Shown piece by piece: positions 12,201 through 25,700 of a stretch of 64,000 bases of DNA (positions are counted from its first letter, which is position 1; every line of letters begins with the position of its first letter). Under the pieces are notes generated by a model, which worked only from the letters and a program-made list of their open reading frames with translations, made no database searches and was not told where the DNA came from. Both the position numbers and the translations under genes were made by a program. This DNA comes from Podarcis pityusensis (Eukaryota), in the NCBI GenBank assembly GCA_964106645.2, contig OZ067050.1, one strand, 5' to 3'.

Positions 12201-15200
12201 CCCAAGGGGCATCTAGTCCAACCCTCTGCAATGCAAGAATCTCGGCTAAAGCCAAGTGTTTACCAGCCATGTGTTACAACAGTGAGTGGCTGGGTGGCTT
12301 GTGGGACCCAGGTCCTCACTGCACATTGCAGCCACGCCTTCTGTCATTGGTGCTCAGGGTGGAAATGCTTCCACACCAGATGGCTCTCCTCATGTGTGCT
12401 GGTGGACTTCCTCCCTTCCAGTGTATAGATGCTCTGCCTGCGCATTGCAGTGAGGTCAGGTGACATGGCCACTGCATGGCTCTATGTGGTGCTTTGAAGT
12501 CCTGACAACCAGCCGATTGTCGGGACATCAAAGCACCACCCAGAGTTCTTCGCAAGCCCCTGCATTTTGGCCAAGCCCAGATGCCTGTTTACCTGCCTAT
12601 CTGTGACATTGGGTAATTGGCAGGTGGGCTCCAAAGGCCTAACAGGCCTTAATGGGTCATCGGGTTTCGTTCAGATGCAGCTTACCCTGCTGCTACCGGA
12701 CACTTTAAGCTGGAGGTGCCAGGGATTGAATCTGGGGCCTTCTGCATCTTCAACTGAGATACAGCCTCTACCTTTGGAACACTATGGGAGCAGGGGCAGT
12801 ATCTTGGACTTAATATTTGGCCTCTTAATGGCATTTTAACACAGAAGGAATCTTAACTTGCCTTTTCCTCAAAGCCTTTGCATTGTTTTCTCCCCCAGTC
12901 CCTTTATTGCAAATAAGCCAAAGTATGTGTTGTTGAAATAGTCGTGAATTCTTCCACTGCCTTGCATCGGCTGTTTCCATATTTATTTTATTAGACAGCC
13001 CCCACTTGAGGTAGGGGGTCTGTTCTTTGTAAACTGTATACATAGATGACGCTGTGTAAATGACACTGATACAGTTTACGTGTGCTGACCTATCTTGTGA
13101 ATCAATTTAATCTGGCTCAAGCAGGGACTGAGTCGTTTACAATATTAAAAGAATTAAGAAAAATAGTGGTGAAAGAAATGGGCCACTAAAAGCCATCTCT
13201 AAAACCCTTTTGCTTTTTTAAAAAATTAAAAAACAACAACACCTGATTGACTTGCTTTCTGCAGCTTGTTTTAGTCTCTTGCCCTCTGGAGAATCCCTGT
13301 CTCCATTCACAACCATTCACAACTGTTGCCCCTTTAAGCTCATGTCCGTGACTAGCCAATTATGGTGGATCTAATTCATTAACCTTTTCTCATCTTTTAG
13401 TTCTGATTTAATTCTTTTTATTCACTTTCTGATTGGGGTGGAGTTTGTGGGCGGGAAAAAAACCCCCAAACATATTTTTTTTCTCATTTGCTATGAGGGA
13501 AGGTCTAGTTGCTGCAGTGTGTATAGGGTTACATGGGAATGATTTGCTTCTGAAAAGTACTAACTAGATTTGGGGTGAGAAACCTGCATCTCACTGCCCT
13601 TTGGTGTAGTTCCATGGGGCTGCCTGCAAGTGATCAATTCAGCCCTATGTTAGTAGGGAGCAAAAATGATGGGAGAATCCATTTCCCCCGCAAAAAAATA
13701 CATTGGGGAGCATGCGCACACACAGAACAAAATGGAGATGGCGTGGAATAGAAAGAGTCACGCGATGCTAATTTAAAAGCAGCAACACGTTTTGCGAACT
13801 TCTGACCAGGCAGGCTCAAAACAATAAACCTTCCTTGTTGTTTCCTTTCCTGTCCCTATTCAGAAGCACCCCGACTTCCCCAAGAAACCTTTGACTCCAT
13901 ATTTCCGTTTCTTCATGGAGAAGCGAGCAAAGTATGCTAAGCTGCACCCGGAAATGAGCAATCTGGATCTTACCAAGATACTATCCAAAAAGTATAAGGA
14001 GCTCCCTGAAAAGAAGAAGGTGAGCAAATGAACATGGAGGCTGTGGAAAGTGCCGCATATGAGCATCTGCTGGGATGCAGCTCTCTGTGCTATGGGAAGC
14101 ATCCTAGTGCTTGCAGCAGCAGCAGCAACAACAACAGGGTGTGCATATGAGAGAGAGAGAGAGAGAGAAACCACCTCCCCTGTTCTCCTTGGAGAATTTG
14201 GTACAGCTTGTTCCCCTTTCCAGGCCATTTTTCCCCAGCTTGGGACTGGTGGGAATTGTAGTCCAAAGCATCTGGAATGTGCTGGGTTGGGGAAGGTTAC
14301 TTTGCAGAAGGCAGCGTCAGCAATGTGCTCTTGGGAGTCTTCTGCAAAAGGGCCTTCTGCAAGGAAAAGTCCCTTCCCTCAGTTACCCTGCATTGTTCAG
14401 AAACCAAGCCAAAATGTATGACAACCCCCCCCCCCCAAATCATTTGGCTGCTTCCCTTCAGTTGCAGTTCGGCAATGGCTGGAAATGTTTAGGGCCTTGA
14501 AAGTGGAATTTGCTTTACTGCGAAAGCCCATTTTATAGTATACCATCGTTCTGGGATGACTACTCCCAGAACTCCCTTCGACCACTTATGGGTTGTAGTC
14601 AGCTAAGCCCTATTCAGAGTTGGTCCCATGAAATAAATGATCCCAAAGTTAGTCATGTCCATTAGGAGGTCAGCTCTGAATGGGGCTATTGAAGAATGCC
14701 ACCTTGCACTTTTACATATTCAAGGTGGGTTAATTGGGAGGTTGAAGTGTCTGTTTTTAGCTTAGGGAACACATGTACTGCTTGATGTTTCTTTTAGCAG
14801 AAATGGGTTCCTAGGTGCCATCTTACCTTTTTGCCACCTTCCAGTTTCCCAGCCTTGAATGATGTATGGCAGGGGTGCAGGAACATCTGGCCCTGAGGCG
14901 GGCTTCGTGCCTCCTCTTTATTGAGCCCTCGGGCCACTCTGTAGGCAGCCCCTTTTCCCCCAGGCCACATCCTTCCCTGGCCCTGCTCCTATTTCACCCT
15001 CGCACACATGCTTTTGCCTGGCTGACTTATGGCCTTGAGCTGCAATAGTGCCTCTTTGCTTGCCTGGATGGAGAGAGGGGTGTGTGCATTGTATATAGAA
15101 ACCTGCATGACTGCAAGGCAAGAGTCACAACTATAGACCCGCCCGCTTTTGCTTTTGGCCCCGCCAACCACTTGCATGTGGCCTCTGGAAGGTTGCCCAT

Positions 15201-16700
15201 GAGGGAATGTGGCCACTGGACTGTAAAAGGCACCCCATCCCTGATGTGAGGTGTCTTCTCCACTATGGAGGCCAGAGAGAGCAAGAGGCGTCTGTCTGTG
15301 AATGGTTGTGTTCGCTTTTTCCACCCCTCCTAGTCTCCCTCCCAAGGGGTTGAGAACATGCAATGGTTTCCCCAAAGATGGCAGTTCATCTGTCTGTTTA
15401 ACCCTCATGCCACTACTTGCCTGCTCATGCCGCTCCCAGAGACTAGCAGATGCCACAGGGCTTTGTTGTGTTTCCTTGGCTTGCTGAGGGTCTAGGCTTC
15501 TAAAAGTAGCAGGAAGGAGGTGGTCTCAAGGAATGGAGGAGGGCCCAAAGAGCTGCACAGTTCTGCCCCCTCCTGCTTCATGTGTTAGACGTGTTTTAGT
15601 GTTGTGGCTGTTCCTGGAAACTTGTCAGCTTTTCCTGTCTCACCTGTAGTCAACACCTCCCCCCCTTTTTTTGTTTGTCTTCTAGATGAAGTATATCCAA
15701 GACTTCCAGCGAGAGAAACAAGACTTTCAGCGAAATTTGGCAAGATTTAGGTAAGAGTTATCTAAGCAATAGCTTCACCTTTTGCACGTCAGGCGTGGCT
15801 GTGGATTTCAGTTGTAGACATGTACCAAAATTTACTTACGTTAACTTTGCTGCAAAAAGCTGCTTTGTTTTGGTGATATGGGACTAAAAAGGTGCATAAT
15901 CTGCAATGTAGGAACCTCTTTTCTTTCCTGTCTGGAAACCTGGGTCAACAAATGGCAAAATTCACAAATGAATATATTCTTCAGGCAGGTAGAATAATTT
16001 CCATCTGAAAGGGTACCTTCTTATGAGAAGAGCCCGAATCAGATTAGCAGTTCCTTTCAGTGTTTGAGAGGTGGGAATGATGCATGGGGCTTTAAAGGAA
16101 GTGGATAATGTGCTTCTGTGTTTCGTATGGTTCTGGTACTGCCACTGCCTTACCATTTCGCCCCCATCCCCTGTTACTTTTGCTCTGTGAAGGGAAGACC
16201 ACCCCGACCTCATTCAAAATGCCAAGAAGTCTGATATCCCAGAGAAACCCAAGACTCCTCAGCAGCTCTGGTACACTCATGAGAAGAAGATCTACCTGAA
16301 AGTGCGCCCTGATGTAAGTAGGTGGTGTAAGAGACTTGAATAAGGAGAGCCCACGAGAAGGAGGAAAAGTGGGTGGGGATTTTTGGGGGGGAGGGGAGAA
16401 CGACGACACACAGCTGTGTTCTTGAAAAGGAGGACAATGAAGGAATGTAATGATTCTGTACCCAGTAAATCCAGATTTTGCTCTTAGACTGATACACTGA
16501 CTTAATTTTATTTCTGGGTACTCCACTGTGTTAGTACCACTTTACAGCTGGAGCAGAAACAAGTGGCAAAAGACTCATCTGATTGGGCCGCCGATGGGAT
16601 ATCATATTTTGAATTTTATTTTTTAAACCTTCATTTCACACAACCCACATGTTAGAAGGAAATGTTCCTTGTAAGCAATGCTATTTTCCTATGTGAAGGG

Positions 16701-16732
<32 letters not shown>

Positions 16733-19700
16733 GAGGAAGTTTTCAAATATGCAATTCCTCCCCCCATTGAAAATCTAGAAAAAGCTTTGCCTCTTGATTC
16801 TGCTGAGTATATAATGCAGTTCCCCAAGGTGCTTTGGACTACAGCTCCCATCAGCCCCTACCAGCTTAGCTGTGGTGGCTTGGGCTGATGGGAGCTGTAG
16901 TCCAAAGCATCCAGGTTTGAGGAAAGCTGGTGTTACCTGTTCCTGAGAGAGCTAGAGAAGTGATGGGGGGAAATAGCAAGTGAAATGATGAGGAAAATGG
17001 AGGAGCCCCTTTTTAATGAAACAAAGGCTTAGGAAACTGATCCGGTAAGAATTTAGGGTGATCCAGTTTTACATGGCGGGAAAATAAACTGAAACTCACT
17101 GCCACAGAGTGTTGGTGATGATTGATAGACATAAATGGCTTTGAAAGAATTGTAGGCAGTTCTGTAGATACTATTATTAACAGTAGAGTGGGTTGCCAGA
17201 GACAAAACACCACCAATGCCAGTGGCTTGAGGACAAACAGGAAATCTCATTCTCCAGCTTGCCTGCAGGCATCTAGAGGGGCTGATATTGGAGACAGCTA
17301 GGCTAAATAAATCTGATCCAGTCCTTAGTGTTTGTGTGTAATGTTTGCATGTGGTTTGTTTAGCTTTGTATTCACTGCTGCTGTAATTCATATCTGGATA
17401 TTTGGTCCTCTGGGTCAGAAACTGAAATAGAGTGAGGAAAAGGACATGAGACTATGGCCCATGAGGGCTAGAAATATTCTTAGTATTTAAAAATAAACAT
17501 TTTAGGTTCTCAGGTTGCCTTGTTTGATGCTAGATATCAGATTCTTATGTAGCAAGTAAGCAAACCCATAGATTGCAGATTTATATATTTCCTGTGTATT
17601 GGGCTTTTTTGATCCCTTTAAAGGAGCCTGAGGAAAACTTTTTTTTTTCTAACTTGCCTTTCCAAAAGTGTAGCTTAGCTCACTGCCGTACCATTAGGGT
17701 GGGCAGTCCATCCCCTTTTGCTTCCTCCCCTATTTTTTCATTTTTACCTATTTTTTTATTACTATTATTATTTCCCCTTCCTCACCTGGGTTTTTCAGGC
17801 CACCACGAAGGAGCTGAAGGATTCGTTGGGCAAGCAATGGTCTCAGCTCTCGGACAAAAAAAGGCTGAAATGGATTCATAAGGCTCTGGAGCAGCGGAAG
17901 GAGTATGAGGTAGGGAACACTCAACAGTTCCCCTCCATCTTCTCCCCCCTGTGCTCAGCCCGGCCTTGTCGCAGCTGTAGAAACCCAGCCGCGCTCCGAG
18001 AGCCGACTTCTGGGCATCGCTCCCTCGGAAGGGAGTTGCAAAGCAACTCCTCCTCTGCTTCTTCTGCCAAGTGTTTAAAACTGGTCAGGGTAGCACAGGC
18101 GGGCCCCCCCCCTACCCTGTCCACAACCCCAGAGCCTAGGGAGGGTATTCTACCAGCCTGCCTCTGCCCCGCTAAACGCCCCGTGTGTTTTCTGTCCACA
18201 GGAAGTGATGCGGGATTATATCCAGAAGCACCCAGAGATGAACTTCGAGGAAGGTGCGCCCCCTCGCTCCACCCTGACTAAAGCGGAGAGGCAGCTGAAG
18301 GACAAGTTTGATGGGCGACCCACCAAGCCACCTCCGTAAGTTGCCGTGCCCTTGAGAATTTGGTTTGGTAGTTGGGGAGGAGTTGCTAGGGCACTCGGGC
18401 ATTTCCACATTGGTAAATGTAATTCATATCGGGCTGGAACTGTATGCCAATAAAAATATACCCAGTTTGGAGGACGACATCTGCCATCCGCCCAATGTCT
18501 GCTTGTTGTGGGAAGATGCCCATACATTAGACTTAAGAGTGGGATGGACGCAGGTTCAAAGCCCTGCTCAGACATGAAGCTCACAGCGCATGGGCCAGTC
18601 ACTGCAAAGTTAAAATCTTCTTCGCAGGACTCCTGTGAGGCTAAAATGGGGGTGGGACACATGCTATCTTGGCTGCTTAAATGAAGATGAGATACAAATT
18701 TATTGAGTTACCCAAGACTGGACACTCACTTCTCCTTGTGTCCATGCTCTCCTCACTTGATGAAAGGAGTCTTTCTATTGGAAGCTTCCTTGAGTCCCTG
18801 CCTGACATTCAACACTGAGATCGGAGTGGTTCATCTCACATGTGCACATAAACACACCCTGGTAGGACTCAGCTGGTTGCTCACACTTCTCCATGACCAC
18901 CATCACTTGCAGGCTTCCTGTGAGATTAGCTGAGGAGTTCCTCTTCAGGATCTCCCTTCATACAGCTCTCTTGAGTTGTGTGTTTTTTCCTGATCTGCTA
19001 CCCATCTTCATACCTAGGAGTAGGCCTTTCCTTGTGGGGAAGCCTTTGCTTTCAGTAAGTGTTAGGTGATGCTGCTGGCACGTGGGTTGTTCTGGGGTTG
19101 TCCCCTCCTCCTGAGTCATGTGCTAGGAAAACACAATTGCCCACCATTTTTGTACTTGGGCTGCTGTTCACCTCTTGAATCCACCCCACTGCTTCACTCT
19201 TCTCTGGAAGTATTTTCCTGCATTCCACAGCCTCAGCGCAGAGGAGGCTCCCTGAAACCCTGATGCAAAAGCCAATTCAGATATCCTTGCATTGCTGGTT
19301 TTCTCTTGATTTCCTGCCAATGTGTCAAGTATTAAATGGATGTCATTTATGTTGTAGTTCCACACTTATATCTATTGTATTTTCTAGTCATTTTTTATAC
19401 AGTGGTACCTCGGGTTACATACGCTTCAGTTTACATACGTTTCAGGTTACAGACTCCGCTAACGCAGAAATAGTACCTCAGGTTAAGAACTTTGCTTCAG
19501 GATGAGAACAGAAATCGTGCTCTGGCGGCGCAGCAGCAGCAGGAGGCCCCATTAGCTAAAGTGGTGCTTCAGGTTAAGAACAGTTTCAGGCTAAGAACGG
19601 ACCTCTGGAACAAATTAAGTACTTAACCAGAGGTATTATTGTAGTTGGAAGCCGTGCCAAGCAGTGTTTAAGGGTTGAGGTATGAATCCTGATATCAAAT

Positions 19701-22700
19701 AAATAAATCCATTGACTTAACTTTTTCTCTAGAAACTTGGGGTTCTTGATCAAGGCCACAGAGTTGTCTCATGTTCAGGGTTGTACTAAAAAGATATAAA
19801 ATTCTGTGCCAAGAGAAATCTAGCAGCTTGAACTGTATAAGCTGATTTGCTCATTTCTCTTAAGCTGCAGGCTGCTCCTTGCTTGACTGAACGCTCTTCC
19901 ATTTTTATTTTTAAAAAACCATACACATATTTTTTTCTTGGTACGTTTATATCTAACTTTCCTTCCATCATGGAACTCAAAGGAGGGTACAAGGAGTTCC
20001 CAGTTCAGTCTCTCATCCAGGCAATGACCTGCCCCACACCTCCTTCAGCAAGGTGTCCGCATCATCTACCTTCAGACCATGCCTTGGAAGAAAATTATCT
20101 CTAGAAAATGCTAATGAGAAGGCAAGGCTAGAATCCTGCTCTGAAGTCTTTGGTTTTTTACATGGAGTGATTTTTATTTAGGGTTAATTCTTCAAACATT
20201 TTTGGATGACTGCGAAAAATACCCTGATTTTACTTGGGTAGCAGATTAAGCTTCTTTTTAAAAAATAAGTGATTATTTTAATGCAGGTACATAGAAAACC
20301 AGTAAGTGGCAGGTGCCATCTCAGGGGAGACTTCTCTCAAACAGGAGGGGTGCCTTTTATACGATGGTGCCTGCTATGACACATATCAATTAATTTAAAA
20401 AAAGAAAACAGTAGGGTTTTCCCCCTTGTTTTCCTGTTTATGGACGTTTATGCAGATTTAATCTGTTGATTTGGCGTGCATTCCTACTCCCACTTAATGT
20501 GGGAGTAAGCCCCATTGAATTCTATAGGACCTACTTCCAAGTAGACATGGTTAGTTTTTTACAAACTGCACCCCTGCAGCAGAAAGCCAAGTTATGGGGA
20601 GAGAATTAAAAAAGCATTCTGAAAGAGCTGAAAAGGCCTATTTGTCCGGCAAAACCAGGAAACTTCATAAACTGGAAGCAGTTTGTGTTCCTCACCCAAC
20701 CACTTCCTTTCACAACACCCATGTTTAAGAGGGCTGTGACATTTTATTTGGCTAGTAACTTTTGTGTACTTACGACCAAGACTGCCTTCGGAATTGGCTG
20801 GGGGAGAAGGTCCAGAGTAACAAAAAGGGGGGAAACCTGGGCGTGGGCCTGAGGGAAGTTTAAGAGGGTATTTTCTCTCTGTTGATTATGTCCTTCAACA
20901 TCTTAATCCCAAGCCAATAATAAAGGCTTTAGAGCTCAAAATCCAACATCATGAATAAGACCCAGAAATCAAAATTGGGAATTTGGAACCAGTGAGGCAA
21001 AAGTGGGTACATAGTAGATGTGACTCTTAACCTTTGTACAGTAGACACCACTGAACCCATGCGAAAGCCAATGACATATACCCCTATTTATTCATATAAT
21101 CCACATTATTGCCTTCATAGTAAGGGTTGGTGGTGGAAATTAAGACACCCCCCCAAAAAAAAAATGTGTGGTGGTGGTGGGTTATGAGACTGTGGGAGAA
21201 GCACTTCAGGCAGCAGTTTTGTGTGGCTTATTCTTATGTTTACATAAATTTCCCCAAGTGCTAACTTAATTGGTTGGTGCTATATAAAAGGAAATTGCTG
21301 TTTTAGGAATAGTTACTCGCTTTACTGTGCTGAACTGATGGCAAACATGAAAGATGTCCCAAGCACAGAACGGATGGTGCTCTGCAGTCAGCAGTGGAAG
21401 CTCCTTTCCCAGAAGGAAAAAGACGCCTACCACAAAAAGTGTGATCAGGTGAGCCTGGCCCTTATAAGGGTGTGTCGAAAAAGGGAAAGGATTAAAAATA
21501 ATGCCTAGAGACAAATTATGGGTAGACTTTAGTGGTTCTATATATCAGGCAGGTTCCAGCTGTTACTACAAACCCTGCTGCTGATAATGGATTTCATTTA
21601 CCTCAGTTTGGGGGTGCAGTTTTGTTTTTTAAGCCACCCACAGATTTGGTTTCTCTGATTTGCTGGGTGCGAGCAAAATGCTATCTTCCCCAGTGTTTGA
21701 ACAGAGTATGAAAATCAAGTTTGTTATCCTTTGAAGTAACCAAGAAAACAAGCACAAGGACAGGCAAGTGACGGGTTGGGGTTTTTTGTTCTTGTTTTTA
21801 AAAAAGCAAATCAGTTGGTCACTGCCACTCCTCTTGCCTCAGATAACTTGGCTGAAATTGCAGTCTTATTCAGACTGCTTTTCTTCCCTGTTTTTGTTTG
21901 TTTTAAATGGTGGTGCTTTTAGTAACTTGCAGGGGGATGCAGTCTGCCACCCATCCTCAAGCCCAGGCCCTGTGTGAAGTTCATTCTGGATGTGGAGAGG
22001 CAAAACTCGCATGAATTCTGCAAACAAGCAGAAGACCCCTGAAATTTGGAGAGTAAAAATGCCCTTCAATGGTGGAGGAGACTTTTCTTTATATGGGTTG
22101 CTCCTCCTGCCTGTTTGGTCAGGCATGGCCATGTCTACCCTTGCAGTTTTTCCTTCTTCCTGTGGGAGGAAGCCCCACCCAGTTGCAGTCCTGCCTGCTC
22201 CACAGCAGCAGATGGTTTTTTTTCTAGAGCTCTGGCTCCTCTCAGAGGCTGAAATATTTGGAAAGGAAGAGGAGTCCAGTTTCTTAATTCAGTGCTGGTC
22301 AGAAGGTAGATCAAGATCTACTGAACGATCTTTGGGTTGCTTGAAGTAGATCTGCAGGAATTTCTAGCTTAACACATGGCAGGAAGAAAATCAATTTATC
22401 CATGCCCTAAATTGTAGTCCTGAAATGGGTGTGTGGGGGAGAGGCAACCAGGAGTTGGTTTTTCTGTGGCAAGACTGAGCTCACTTCAGTTTTTGTACTT
22501 AAATCTCTGGGTTCAGAATACTTTTAATTTCTACGCCTTTCGCACATGGCTTCAGTTGTTACAAAAGAAGCAACAAACAAACAAACAAACAAACCCAAAG
22601 TTGATTGTGCAGACCTGAAGTCTGGCTCAACTCAGGGCAGTTTACATAAGTTTCCCATTTATCGGGGATTAATTGATTGTCTCTGTTAATTGTTTTCTGG

Positions 22701-25700
22701 CGTTGATTGATCTAATGCATTTATCAACTGCGAATTGCCTCAGAATCAATTTCCCCTCAGCCTTGATGAGTTGCTGTTTAAATCATCGGTAGCTGCGCTT
22801 GTTTAAAATTCCCTCCAACCTGAGATGCATCCGTGGCAAGCAAACAAGCTTTTCTAGGTGGCAGAAAAGATTGCCTGCTCTTGAGTCTGGAGAGGGGGAA
22901 AGCTAAGACATGTGATGGAGGGTGTTGATGCAAGGACAAGGACGAGAGGGTTTTTTCCAGCGCTTCAAGTGGCCAAATGTTGAGGAGAATTCCCTGTGCT
23001 TTATCCAGCTGTACCAGCGCTAAACCTCCAGACTTGGAGACTTATTCCTCTTCTCCTGACACACAAAAATCCCCTCAAATTTTTAATATGACAGTTACAG
23101 TGGTTCTATCGATAGTCCAGGCTTTGGGCCTGCTGCTGCCTGTTCCTTACTACTTGAAGCTGTGGCGGCCATTTTAAGCAGCTCAGCTCTCCTCAGCAGT
23201 AACAGTGTGAGATAATGGTGGATTCTCCTGTCTCTTTGGCTGCTTTAACTAGGGCCTTTTCTGAGGTGGTTATATCCCACAGGTGGCAGGACCCCATTTC
23301 CCTCTTGAGTCCCAGTCCCCTAGTCCTTGTTCAAAATGGCAGAGTTGCTTCGTCTTGATTTTTGGAAAAGGGTTAAGAAGCCTGTTGTGCATCTGTGAAG
23401 CTGAGCCCTGGGGGAGAGGGTGCCATTTGAAAAAATTGTCTCTCTTCCTCCGCTCCTTCTCCAGGGGTTGCAATCCTCTACCATCATCAAAGGAATCTGG
23501 GGGATTCCTCAGACCCTTTTAGCATTTGTATGAATAAGACTACTCAAGCGCGTGACCCATAGATGACAACAGAAATCCCCTTAAGGTGGTTTCTGTGCCT
23601 GGAAAGGATTTCCTCTAGTTGGGCTACTGATAATCAGTACTTTCCTATCAATGTGAAACTGTCTTGTATCTTTTGAACTCAGAAATGATACATGAAGAAG
23701 GTGTGGTTTGACCTTCCCTAGTTTGTAGAGAAAGCAGTTATTTACACGTATGCATGTGGGTATGCTGACTGAATAATTTACTTTCTGACCCTCCAACTAG
23801 TACTCCTTCATTAGGTGAGGGGAACAAATCTAGGATTTCTTCCCTTGAGTTCTTGCCTGTGTCGTCCTCTTCCCTCCCCCCTCCCCATTCGCATTGCTTT
23901 CCAGGGACAATTTTAACCTACATTTGAATCTGAACGATCCCTTTGTTTGACATTCAGTGGACAATATTCCAGAGCAGCTTTACATTGAAATAAACATATT
24001 GTAAAACAAGAATATAGTAGTGCTCGCTTCGGCAGCACATATACTAAACAAGAATATAGTATAGTATAGTAAAAATATAAATCAGATAAAGCAGTAAAAA
24101 TACACAACAGTATTAAAAATCAGCAAAAGCACTGTAAAAACTGAAGAATGAAGCTTCATTCCTTCCTTCCAGAAGCACCGACCAAAAGGGAAGGAGTTCG
24201 TCCAACTTCTTTGGGGAGAGAATTCCACAACTGTGCCATTGAGCAGCCCCTGTTCCTGCTACTTGTCAATCTGATATTTGCTCATGATGGGCTGGAGAGC
24301 AGGACTACTGTTGCTGATCTTAAAGCCTGGGCAAGTTCATGTGGGTGAAGGCAGTCCTCAGAATAACATGGGTTCTAGGCAGTTTAGGGCTTTGAAGGTT
24401 ATTACCAGTATTTAAACCTGAATCTGGGAATGAATTGATAACCAATGCAGTTGTTGTAGGATAGGTGTGATATGGTCCGATTGTAGTTTCTGAATTTGCT
24501 TTTGAGGTTAGCCCCATGTAGAGATCATGGCAATAATCCAGGCTGAATGTGACTAAAGCATTGATAATTGAAGCCAGACCCACTTTCCCCAGGTAGGTCT
24601 GTAGCTGGTGAAAAGCTCTACCGCCTACCAACATCAGCCAACGCAAGGATAATGCTGGACTCAGAAGCACTTGCAGGTTGTGTACTTGGTCCTTAAGGGT
24701 ATCTAAAGTTGTGGGAGTGCAACCCAATCCAAAAGATGACATAGCCTCTGCCCAGATCAACAAACTTCCCGACCAGTACTTCTGTCTTGTTTGGATTAAG
24801 GTTCAGCTTTTCCAACCCTCATCTAAATTGGGGCTGCCTTCAAACTCTGGTACAGAAATTCTGCATCTCCTTAGGATCAGAGGATGGCAACAAAGGACTG
24901 GGTGATCTGCATAATGTGAACACTTCAACCCAAGCCAATGGATGACCTCACTCAGTGGTTTAATGTTGATAACTTGTGAGATCTCTGTGGCACCTCATAA
25001 GCCAAAGGCCCAGAGGGACCAGTAGTTTCCCAACACTACCTTTTGACAAGCCTTTCTCCAGGCAAGACTAGAACTGCAGTAAAGCAGTGCCTCCTGGTCC
25101 TATAAAGGGGGCCCATAAAAATTTAATTGTTGATAGCATCAAAGGTGATCAAGAATTTATGGAGAATCAACAAGGTTGCACTCATACCCATGAGGCCATC
25201 CACCTGGGTGACCAAAGTGGTTTTCAGTCTCAAAACCAGGCCTAGAACTCAGACTGGAATGGATCCAAGTAACCACTTTCATCCAAAACCATATGAAGTT
25301 TATAGGTCACCTCATGCTTTTAACACCTCTCCTAAAAATGGCACATTTAATGCCTAAGCATCTGGGTACCAATTATTTAAATTGCCAGGATCATTCTCAG
25401 GTTTGGTTAAGAATAGATGAACCACTGTTTGCTTTAGGGCCGTATGGGCACCTCACACTCTTCAGAGAAGCAGTAGCCACCTCTGACACCCAAATGTTTT
25501 TATGACTTTTAAACTCTTTGTGTTCATTGCATGTAGATTTTCCAGGGAACTGAATGAGTTATGTGGTTTGAGCGGGGGCATCTAGAAGCAACCGTATCAA
25601 TTACCTGGGTCATCTCCACTTAATTGGAGAAAGACCAGAGCATTGACCAGACCACCAGCAACATCAGTAGGAAAATTTCCCAGAGACATTAAGAAAACAT

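Noticed and set aside
24020-24048. Functional U6 gene
   Set aside because: Only the first ~26-29 nt are present, without the ACAGAGA box or the rest of the RNA, and it is flanked by a TSD.
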